This document shows positions 16,723 through 25,380 of a DNA stretch of 64,000 nucleotides, piece after piece. Position 1 is the first letter of the stretch. The number at the start of each line of letters is the position of its first letter. Under the pieces are notes generated by a model. That model searched no databases. It had not been told where the DNA came from and worked only from the letters and a program-made list of their open reading frames with translations. Origin of the DNA: an uncultured cyanobacterium (GTDB taxonomy: Bacteria; Cyanobacteriota; Cyanobacteriia; PCC-9006; JAAUQQ01). Location: positions 3,840,001 to 3,904,000 of the forward strand of contig OY970368.1 of assembly GCA_963718615.1 (NCBI GenBank), in the 5' to 3' direction. A program made the translations under genes and the position numbers.

Positions 16723-18284
16723 ATTGTCGTCTTGACCTGAGATTGCCGCTTCTCATTTCCTTTTGCCAATTCAGTGGGCTCCCCGCCTTCTAATTGTCGC
16801 GACAGGCAAATGTCTTGACACTTGATACCCATTATCTCTAAGTTTATAAAATTCGACCTTAACCAGATTCTCGGATCTGATGCCTGTAATGTCTCTTGCT
16901 TGTTGGTTAGTAATTGTTAGATTTGATCGAAGAAAACTGAGAATCGCCTCTGCTGGTACTGCAAGAGGTATATGAGGAAGGGTAACTTTGACATAGTTTC
17001 CATCCTCAGTGATCTCAGGCGATTTCAGTCCCCACTCTTTCATCTTTTGAAAGGTAGTGTTGAGCCCTTCGCCTAAATCCTTGTTCGGAGCCTCTTTGTA
17101 TCTATTAAGAGTTCTAACAATTTTGGCATTTCTTGCATAACGTGCATCCAATATGTTTTCAATAGTAACGTATCCGGGAAGACGTCCTGGACTTAGAATC
17201 TCAATTCTATTGTTATATATTAAAATTCGAGTATCATCTGATATTGAATAATCTCGATGAATGATTGAATTCACAATTACTTCCCATACTGCTTCGGGAG
17301 GATAATTAAGGTTCTTAAGACCGTCGGAAGTCCAGACTTTCACGGATGACATTATGCTTTCGACGGCAGTGACAGTATCCTTGATCAGACTGTAGAGCGG
17401 ACCTTCAACCGAAACCTGCTCTGCTAAATGATCGCGCTCAGGATCATCTTCTTTTGTTTCATACCTGGTAATTTTTACTGCACATTTTCTAGGCACAACT
17501 GCACTAGGACAGGGATGAAATAATAGTGCTGCTGCTACCCTCACTTCCCAGGTTTTGTAATCGAATAAGTTTTGATTTATGCAAAATTCTAAAGGATCAG
17601 TTTTAGGGGAATAATCACCTAAAAAGGAGGTCAACTCCTCAGACTCCGCAACTTGCTCAGCAGGAATATCCTTGATTAACTGATCTTCAAAGGATGTAGC
17701 ACCCTTTGCAAATGACAGTTGCGTAATTCTTTCTGGATCTTTGACAGGTAGGGATTGAGCACCCTGTCTTTGATAGACTGTTCCATCAGCAGTTTTGTGG
17801 ACTTCGGAACTTTTCTCAATCATTATCCTTAAGATATATCCGGATTTGCCTTCACACCTCAATATTTCATATCTCAAATCCAATGGAGGGGTGATGTCGA
17901 AAATTGCCTGCAAATGGCTGTTCAATTCTTCGATTTTTGATACCCCTTGCCATCTTCTTCCTGGATCAGTCTCATCTTCATCATCTGCGATACCAATAAT
18001 AAGCTCTCCGCCATCTGCATTTGCAAAAGCTACGGCTGCCTTTTGTACTTTCGCTCCCTTAATTTGAGCAGCTTTTCTGTCAAAAAAATGAGATTCTTCT
18101 CTTATTGAGAATTCATCAGCTTCAAATGAGGTAATTGTTTTGGTATTCATGTTTCCCGTGCTGAATTCAATTGTAATTACTAAAATTTTATTCGAATATT
18201 TCTTCGTTTTATGAGCTTCCTTGTTACATCTTGAAGATTAGCAGATAGCTTTTTGCAGATTCTGTATGTCTATGAACGAAGCTG

Positions 18285-18376
18285 CCTAACGTTCCCGCTA
18301 ACCGGACGCAGATAACCTTTGCATCTCACCGATAACTTTAACTTGACTTCGTTACGGTTCAGCGGGGTTGTTATGG
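18285..18376 (-). other. intact integron attC site
   Basis: minus strand CCATAAC-aaccc-CGCTGAAC-cg...cg-GTTAGCG-ggaac-GTTAGGC; L'' has the extra base; begins about 12 nt after the stop of 18389-19171. Confidence 0.9.
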
Positions 18377-18388
18377 TGCGATCGCCTT

Positions 18389-19171
18389 CTAGCGTATAAA
18401 CCAGTTGTAACAAATAAACGGTAAAGGAATAACCCACCACCATCGATTTAAGAATTGGGTTACTCGATATATCCAATTGTCCTCCACCTTCATATCAGGT
18501 GATTTATAGTCCACTTTTGCAGTGTAGGATTTGTACTTACCACTTACATCAGTAAGCCAATCTTGATCGCCTTTCTCGATGACCCAATCTTCAAAAAGTG
18601 GGGTTTCTGAGTACTCACAAAATTCTTTCATTAGCTGACTTAAAAGATTACTTAGTTTTGCTGCTGACACAGTATCTCGTGAAACCACTTGTGCAGGTCT
18701 AACAGACTTGCTGTCTGCCCCAGAAAACGTATTTACAAAATCTAGGCATAGAACACAATCGGTATGTATTAAACCTTCAGGAACCATCATTTTCCTATTT
18801 GCTGCATCTATGAGAGATAGTACAGACAGATCACTAGCTATTTGATTTTCTAGAATGATTAGACCTAGAGCATCTGGAAGATTCAGAGCTATTTTAGTAT
18901 CTTCTATTTGCTTGTTGGCTTTGCTCAGAGCATTCTCAATTGAATTATATAGATCTCGCTTCAAGTTTTGCTCTGAAATATTTTCCTTTTTAGATAATTT
19001 CTCCACCTTATTTGGGATCTGGATATTTTGAACCTCCTTAAACTCACAGACAACTTGACCATCAAACAACAAAAAATCAGAGCGCCCTCTTCCTTGAGGA
19101 AAATATTGATTGTAAGAGTTGTCATCTAAGTTGATGGCTTGATTGTACGTTTCGAGGAACTCTCGCATCAT
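18389..19171 (-). CDS. hypothetical protein, possible PD-(D/E)XK nuclease fold (first cassette)
   Basis: AT-rich 260-aa ORF; RSDFLL...VVCEFKEV motif; hydrophobic Trp-rich C-terminus. Confidence 0.75.
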   Translation of the reverse strand: MMREFLETYNQAINLDDNSYNQYFPQGRGRSDFLLFDGQVVCEFKEVQNIQIPNKVEKLSKKENISEQNLKRDLYNSIENALSKANKQIEDTKIALNLPDALGLIILENQIASDLSVLSLIDAANRKMMVPEGLIHTDCVLCLDFVNTFSGADSKSVRPAQVVSRDTVSAAKLSNLLSQLMKEFCEYSETPLFEDWVIEKGDQDWLTDVSGKYKSYTAKVDYKSPDMKVEDNWIYRVTQFLNRWWWVIPLPFICYNWFIR

Positions 19172-19323
19172 GAAGAACCGTAGAAACTAGCAGTATATCT
19201 TGAAGTACCGTCCCCACCGACGACTAAGCGGCATATGGGATCCGCCCGTTAATAAAATACCAACTTCTGCCCTAAAGCCCAAACAGGCTTGCGGGTTGCC
19301 TGGTATAACATTTTCAAGCGAGT

Positions 19324-19345
19324 CCCTAACAACTTATTCTCATGC
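19324..19345 (-). other. putative attI core
   Basis: minus strand ...GAATAAGTT-GTTAGGG between the first cassette and the divergent intI; the position fits but the L box cannot be defined. Confidence 0.45.
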
Positions 19346-19349
19346 ACGA

Positions 19350-19549
19350 TGCCTGATAACTCCCTCCTCCGGGTATTCTCAAGCGCCAACGCCGTATAAT
19401 CCCCAGTCTCAGCCAGTTATCCAGGCAATCATGCTGGATAACATACCTAGTTGGGTATTATCAGGCAAAGGTGCATGATAACAACCCATTTCTAGGCGTT
19501 ATCCCGGCATCGCTGCCGGATAACATCCCTACACAGGTATTATCAGGCA
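19350..19549. repeat. array of five palindromic units TGCCNGATAAC-N12/N15-GT(A)TTATCNGGCA-like
   Basis: units start at 19350, 19390, 19432, 19472 and 19514; spacers 12, 15, 12, 15, 12 nt; 4-nt gaps between units. Confidence 0.88.
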
Positions 19550-19644
19550 TGTCTCAGTATAATCACCCCCTTTGAGTCAGCGTAGAAAATTACAAAATCT
19601 TCACCCCCGAGTCAGGGAACCCAGATGTTTCATCCTCGGCTCCC

Positions 19645-20414
19645 ATGCAAACCCAGCCCCCCAAGCTTCTAGATCAAGTCCGTGTGGCCCTACGACTCAA
19701 GCACTATTCCTGCAAAACAGAGCAAACTTACGTTCAGTGGATTCGGCGTTACATTCTGTTTCACAACAAGCGCCATCCCAAGGACATGGGCGTGACCGAA
19801 GTGGAAGCCTTCTTGACCCATCTCGCGGTTCAAGAACGGGTTGCTGCCTGCACGCAAAACGTTGCCTTTAGCGCCTTGCTCTTCCTCTATCGTGAAATTC
19901 TTCAACAACCCTTCGAAAATGTTCAGGCTCTCCGAGCAAAGCCTTCGCGCTATCTACCTACGGTACTGACTCCCGAAGAAGTCCGCCAAATCATGCGACA
20001 TCTTTCCGGTGAATGTCGCCTCGTGATTCAAATTCTCTACGGAAGTGGATTGCGGATTAGTGAAGCACTTCGACTCAGAGTTAAAGACGTAGATTTTGGT
20101 CAGCACCAGATTGTTGTGCGAGATTCTAAGGGGCAAAAGGGCCGGGTAACACCGCTGCCCGATCGCATCATCAAGCCTCGTGCCCTTCAGGATGCCGTTG
20201 GTTCTGCTGGTATTCACAAGAAAGTCAGTTGCCACACCTTCCGCCACAGCTTCGCCACCCACCTGCTGCATTGATTTGTTTTTATGGGGCATACGACATC
20301 CGCACCGTCCAAGAACTGTTGGGCCACAAAGATGTTAAGACAACCATGATCTACACCCATGTCCTCAATCGCGGCGGACGAGGCGATCGCAGCCCGCTAG
20401 ACCATAATTTTTAG
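19645..20414 (+). pseudogene. intI: integron integrase, internally deleted and frameshifted
   Basis: [85 protein letters not shown]; segment missing near 20178; stop and frame change at 20272-20290. Confidence 0.92.
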
Positions 20415-20434
20415 ATATAGCTTCCCCACAGGAA

Positions 20435-21175
20435 CTAAACTTGATCCTGCAACTGCCGCATCAGCCAATTCGCAGCAGCCGTATTGGTTTCCGTCTCTGA
20501 ACGCTCCAAAGCCTGCTCCACTAGGTCCAGGGAAAGCCCAGGGAGAACACCAGAAATCGTAATGGCCTCATACCTCCCCTGCTCCGTCAAACCAAACCCA
20601 AACAACCGCCTGCCCTTCACATCAATCACCCAATACTCAGAAATTCCTAACTTGGCATAAAGCTGCTTCTGCTCATCCAGGTCAACCGTCAAAGTTGTAT
20701 CCCCAATCTCCCCCACCAAATCAGGCAAGCGATGACGCTCCGTACTAATGCGACGGGGCTCCTTCGGCTGCCACTTCGGGATATCATCCCCCCGGTAAAG
20801 CACGAGATCCGGTGCACAGGCCCGAGCCATCGGGCTTTCAATCAGACAGCGCCCGTAGGACTGCAACGGAACATCCGGATGCAAAAACGCCCATACAAAG
20901 AAAATCGCAGTCACCAGATCGCTCAAGGAAGCGTGATTCGGTCCTTCTTTGCCCATATCTACCCAGAGCCAGCCTTGATCAAACGCAATCTTGTTCCAGT
21001 CACACCCCACGTCATCGCGCAACGCAACGTAATCCTGCCAGGTTGCACCATCGCGCTGGAGGTACCGTGAGATTTTCTGGGGTCTTTCTAAGGAGAGGGT
21101 CATCCGCAAACACCTCGGGCATCCCATTGACGGCTTGGCTTTATCATAGCGCTTGCCCAACCTAGCTAATCTCAA
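20435..21175 (-). CDS. Uma2 family (DUF820) putative endonuclease
   Basis: ATWQDY, APDLVLY, PDLVGEI, YAKLGISEYWVID; start likely at MTLSLE. Confidence 0.9.
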   Translation of the reverse strand: MRLARLGKRYDKAKPSMGCPRCLRMTLSLERPQKISRYLQRDGATWQDYVALRDDVGCDWNKIAFDQGWLWVDMGKEGPNHASLSDLVTAIFFVWAFLHPDVPLQSYGRCLIESPMARACAPDLVLYRGDDIPKWQPKEPRRISTERHRLPDLVGEIGDTTLTVDLDEQKQLYAKLGISEYWVIDVKGRRLFGFGLTEQGRYEAITISGVLPGLSLDLVEQALERSETETNTAAANWLMRQLQDQV

Positions 21176-21510
21176 TCACGCTGGTTCAACGACATCAAAG
21201 GCTGAGACCGCAGTTCCTCCTCGCAGAGATCATCCACAAACTGCCCTAAACCAATCACATCCGGATTTCGCGCAATATCCTGGGCCGTTCGGAACGAGAA
21301 ATGACGATCGCCCTGCTGCTCCGTCCAAGCCTGCTGCACCGCCGCATCGGGATAGTGGCCTCGGTCTAGCAGGTGCATGAGTCCAGCCCAACGCTGTTTG
21401 AGCTGCGAGGTTTCACCCACGTAGATTTTGTAGGGACCGATGTGGGCGATCGCAAAGATCCCGGAGCGTCGTTTAGACTGCGACTGTGTAGAATTGAGCT
21501 GCATGATCAT
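21172..21510 (-). CDS. small GIY-YIG-like protein
   Basis: SGIFAI...KIYVGET..LKQRW, degenerate GIY-YIG pattern. Confidence 0.6.
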   Translation of the reverse strand: MIMQLNSTQSQSKRRSGIFAIAHIGPYKIYVGETSQLKQRWAGLMHLLDRGHYPDAAVQQAWTEQQGDRHFSFRTAQDIARNPDVIGLGQFVDDLCEEELRSQPLMSLNQRD

Positions 21511-21567
21511 GATTGAGCACCACTGACCCTCCCATGGTGCCCCAAGCTTCTCCGAATCAACAACGGG

Positions 21568-21935
21568 TTATCCCCCCAATCCAGGTTCTGTAAGACTTTC
21601 TGGGTCAGGACGCCACAAATATACGGCTAGGTCAATCTTGCCATTAGGCTTAAATTCAATCCCCTCATCCTCCAGCAAGGCTCGCTGCACATAGTCCGAA
21701 CCATTACGGACGATCGCATAGGACACCTCCCCCTTGGCATTCACCACCCGCTGCCAGGGGATCTCCGGCTCCGGCTCCGCCACGCGAAATAGCGCATACC
21801 CCACCACCCGAGGTTTTCCCGCTAACCCCGCTAGTGCTGCAACTTGGCCATAGGTCGCGACTTTTCCCCGAGGAATTTGACGCACCACGGCATAGATTTT
21901 GGCGTAGGCATTCGCAGACTGAATCACGGGGCTAA
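21568..21935 (-). CDS. alkyltransferase-like (ATL/MGMT family) DNA-binding protein
   Basis: IPRGKVATYGQVA, PRVVG, IPWQRVVN (Trp replaces catalytic Cys), QRALLEDEGI; start codon uncertain. Confidence 0.88.
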
Positions 21936-24900
21936 GAGACCGGCAAACCGGTTTCCGGCGAGGGTTCCGCCATGGGCTCCGGCAAACCATCCGGGGGTTC
22001 GTCCTGGGGCAAATCCTGTTCGCTGCGGTAGCCCGACTCAATCAGATACCGGAACGCTTGGGCGATCGCCTCAGCACAACGCTGGGGCGGAGACTGATAA
22101 AACCGACCCCAAGCCGCAGCCGTATGGGGCGCGTAGTCATCAGTTTGTTCAGCATGGTCCTGGAGCCAAGCGATTCGGACAGCATGACCAATCAGAACAT
22201 CCAAAACAATGTGGTCTTCGATGCGGAGCTCGGGGTTACCCTGGGCGATCGCCGTCAGTTCCAACAGCGCTTCAATATTCAACCGACGATACTCAGGCAC
22301 CTGAATCTTGTTAAGCAAATGCTCGATTCTCAACGCAAAATTGGTTTCTCCCGGCGTCATTTCTAGGACCAGGGGATAGCTATCCAGACGATTGCGCCGT
22401 TCCAGCTTGTCGCCAATCACAATGCCCTTACATTGGTTGAGCAACTGCCACACCCCTTTGTAAAAGTCCTTGGGAATACGATTCAGCGATCCTTCTAGCT
22501 GACGGCGCTGTCGCCAGTCCTTGGGTGGGGGTTCTTGGCCTTCGGAGTCAGGGCGGATGATCCAGGCGATCGGCTGTTTAACCGTGGCGACGTGGAGCGA
22601 CTCCTGTTGCCGCAACATCTCACTCACATGGTCCCGTTCCGCCAAAACGGACTGCAACCGCGTTTTGATTTCGAAGGGGCTTAGCCCCATCAGGGCTTCG
22701 TAGGCTTCATCCTGGGTGAGATGCTGTTCTTGCCCTAGTTGGCTGGTCAACAGCAGGATCAGATAGCCTACGCGAAGGGTGAGAAAACCTTGGAACAGCT
22801 CAGGGTCGGCCCGCATGAGGACGCCGAGGTAGAGGAGGATCTCCTGGGAGAGGACGCGATCGCGAATATCTTCCCGACAAAACTCCGTCAGTTTTTCCAA
22901 CAACTCCGGATTAGACAGCGGTTGCGTGATCAACGAAGCTTCGCTATAGGCACGACCCACCGCAATTTGCTTGCGCCGCACCAGCATTTCCGTGACCGCA
23001 TCGGAAAGACCAATATCCACTTTATCGAGCAACCCCGCTGCCCGCCGCACCAAAGCCCAAAGACGAAGCTGACTGGCCTTATCATAAACTTCGTCTAGCA
23101 ACTCCTGCACCGAAATCCGCTCTTCCCCCATCGGGACCCGCAATTCAAGTCCTTCTAAATTCCGTAGGGTTTGCAGCAGTTCGATTTGCTCATAGAGATT
23201 TTCCGACTGTTGCAATCGTCCAAAGACTGTTTCTAGATCAGTCTCACTTTCAATCTGAAACTCTTGCACATTGCTGAGGGCAATATTCTGAGCTGGGTCC
23301 AACTTGAGCCGAGCAATTTTAATCGACGGCCCGCGTAAACTGGAGGCTTCGAAGCGAAAATTATGGGGATCATCAATCCGCTCCAGACCCGCCGTCAACA
23401 GGAGTTGTTGCAAGGGACCCACCTTAATCGGCACCCCGTCACAATGGCCACTATTGAGTTCTTGAATCAACTCCAGAAATGCAGTTTGTCCGCTGGCAAA
23501 CATCCGTCTCGTAATCAACAGCGTCATCACAGGTTGACCCAACTGACGCCAATGGCGATAGAGATAGGACAGTTCACTTTTAATTTGCGCGACGAGAAAA
23601 TGCTCATCCAGCGTCAGATAAAACTGATCCAGATCCAAAAATGCGGGTAAAAAGGCGATCGCTTCCCCCCGAATACGAAACAGCCGGGAGGTCGTTAAGC
23701 TCCGTAAGCGCCGCAGGGGTCGCCCTGTTAGCCCCAAGGCCGCGTTGGAGCCAATGTGGTGATACAACGCCGCCAGTTCTTGGGCCGAGTGGAGCTGTAG
23801 GGGTTGGAGATCCCCCGGCGTTTGCGTGGCGATACCGAGCGCTTCCAATTCCGCTTGCAGCGTAGCGTCCTCGCTGAGCAGCGCCACTTGCACAACGGGA
23901 CGACGCGGATTGCCCAGTTTGCGATGGCGACCGAGGGGATCAATATCACCAGGACTCAGCAGCCCCTCCAGGAGCATTTGGCCCAGGTAGTAAAGGCTTT
24001 GCGCCCAGACAAGGGGAATATTTTCGTTGGGAAGTCGGGCTTGGCTCTGGGGCTTTTGTCGTTCCGCTTCAACCTGGCCTTCGGGGACGTAGTAAAGCTC
24101 GGGCAGGAGGGCAACGCCGTTGCGCTTGACTTCGACAAAGGCGAGGCGATCGCGATACTCCGCCACCTGCGCCCCATCCCCCCGAAAAATCCCATCCAAC
24201 AATAGATAGGTATAAAACAGCGGCCACTCACATTCAATCTGTTCAAACTGCTGCAATTCCCAAGGTTCGTAATGCAACCGGCGGGTGTCTTCAATGGCGG
24301 TTTGGTGACCATCACGCAAAAAGCGTTTGCAGCCGTAGCGGCCCTGGAGTTTTGTAATAATTTCGTTGCGCGTCCGGGTCACCAAGGCTTCGTCTTCCAC
24401 GGCAAAGGCCGGGTAACTAATGGCGCTGAGGGTGGCCGCATCGACTTCCTTCGAGCCCGATTCGCGGGGCAAAAGCGAGAGTAGCGTGGCACGGGCACGG
24501 GCGATTTCGTCGGGTAGGACGTGAATCACCGACGACTGACCACCATTAATCCCAAACAAATTCAAACCGCTGATCGCCTCCAGCGCCGCCTTGGCCATGC
24601 CCACGGAACTGGCATTCAGCTCTGGATTGCCGTGGTTAATCTTATTGCCCCGCTCCCAAATGCCATAGTCCGGCGTGCGGTAGGTGCGGCCAATGTAATA
24701 GACCAGGTTTTGAACAAAGTTAACTTCATCCAGCGTATAGGCAATGGATAACCCCGACGCCGTCATCTGCGCCAGCATCAGGACAAACAGTGATGTGGCA
24801 TCGAGCTGTAGATGACCCCACTGATCATCGCCAACCACCGTATCCCCCGTACGGGTATCGTACTTGGCATGGAGCGAGTCCAGCGGGTGCTGGGTGTCCT

Positions 24901-25219
24901 TAAACCGTTCAACCTTCTCCGCCTGTTTCATCATGGCGAACAGCAACCCTCGCATCAGCTTGATGACGCTGTGCTCTAATTCAAAGGTGCGTCCGGGGTC
25001 GGTGTTGTATTTGCGGTAGGCGATCGCCAATCCCCACACCGCCAAAATGCTATACACATTATCCCGGACCCAGGCATCGGTATAGTCCCCATGGGTCGTG
25101 ACGGCAGTACTGGCAGGGAGCAAACCGCTAATGGGATTTTGCCGACTCAGAATCACCTGCTTGATGGGCTGATAATAGCGATCAAGCTGCTGATGCAGAT
25201 CAGGAAGGCTGCTGGGCAT
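21932..25219 (-). CDS. GH15-like / phosphorylase kinase alpha-beta subunit homologue
   Basis: GLLPAS, DAWVRDNVY, LHAKY, WGHLQLDA, DYGIWERG, LLPRES.SKEVD, YGCKRFLRDG, ECEWPLF. Confidence 0.9.
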   Translation of the reverse strand: MPSSLPDLHQQLDRYYQPIKQVILSRQNPISGLLPASTAVTTHGDYTDAWVRDNVYSILAVWGLAIAYRKYNTDPGRTFELEHSVIKLMRGLLFAMMKQAEKVERFKDTQHPLDSLHAKYDTRTGDTVVGDDQWGHLQLDATSLFVLMLAQMTASGLSIAYTLDEVNFVQNLVYYIGRTYRTPDYGIWERGNKINHGNPELNASSVGMAKAALEAISGLNLFGINGGQSSVIHVLPDEIARARATLLSLLPRESGSKEVDAATLSAISYPAFAVEDEALVTRTRNEIITKLQGRYGCKRFLRDGHQTAIEDTRRLHYEPWELQQFEQIECEWPLFYTYLLLDGIFRGDGAQVAEYRDRLAFVEVKRNGVALLPELYYVPEGQVEAERQKPQSQARLPNENIPLVWAQSLYYLGQMLLEGLLSPGDIDPLGRHRKLGNPRRPVVQVALLSEDATLQAELEALGIATQTPGDLQPLQLHSAQELAALYHHIGSNAALGLTGRPLRRLRSLTTSRLFRIRGEAIAFLPAFLDLDQFYLTLDEHFLVAQIKSELSYLYRHWRQLGQPVMTLLITRRMFASGQTAFLELIQELNSGHCDGVPIKVGPLQQLLLTAGLERIDDPHNFRFEASSLRGPSIKIARLKLDPAQNIALSNVQEFQIESETDLETVFGRLQQSENLYEQIELLQTLRNLEGLELRVPMGEERISVQELLDEVYDKASQLRLWALVRRAAGLLDKVDIGLSDAVTEMLVRRKQIAVGRAYSEASLITQPLSNPELLEKLTEFCREDIRDRVLSQEILLYLGVLMRADPELFQGFLTLRVGYLILLLTSQLGQEQHLTQDEAYEALMGLSPFEIKTRLQSVLAERDHVSEMLRQQESLHVATVKQPIAWIIRPDSEGQEPPPKDWRQRRQLEGSLNRIPKDFYKGVWQLLNQCKGIVIGDKLERRNRLDSYPLVLEMTPGETNFALRIEHLLNKIQVPEYRRLNIEALLELTAIAQGNPELRIEDHIVLDVLIGHAVRIAWLQDHAEQTDDYAPHTAAAWGRFYQSPPQRCAEAIAQAFRYLIESGYRSEQDLPQDEPPDGLPEPMAEPSPETGLPVS

Positions 25220-25380
25220 GACGATGGTTGCGCTGATTCCCCTTTAGGATTCCCAGAAGCCCCTTACGAAGCAGGGGGAAGAACCCAGCAGGGATGGATA
25301 GATTTTAAGATTTTTTTAATTATCCACCATCACCGGACGACTGGCGTTCTTCTTTTAGCGTCTTCCCTTGGCTTCTTTCC

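Larger units (their letters stand above)
14195..16827 (+). mobile_element. IS21-family element with 6-bp target duplication CCCATT
   Basis: CCCATT at 14189-14194 and 16828-16833; left end TGTTAGACGACAAT; right-end repeats ATTGTCGTCTTGAC and TGTCTTGACA; istA-istB pair. Confidence 0.92.
14099..18150 (-). pseudogene. Schlafen/AlbA_2 + HATPase_c_4 (RecG-C-like) + wHTH protein, split by IS21 (gene cassette)
   Basis: ESHFFDRK, AFANADGGELIIGI, YPPEAVWEVIVNSIIHRDY, IEILSPG, DLGEG; frame KLRDNG resumes at 14194 as LLERVPELRGSKSAWQLTEAG..IK-stop once the IS is removed. Confidence 0.87.

Noticed and set aside
19350-19549. CRISPR array interpretation of the palindrome array
   Set aside because: Spacers are only 12-15 nt, units alternate between two types and are degenerate, and no cas genes are in the window.
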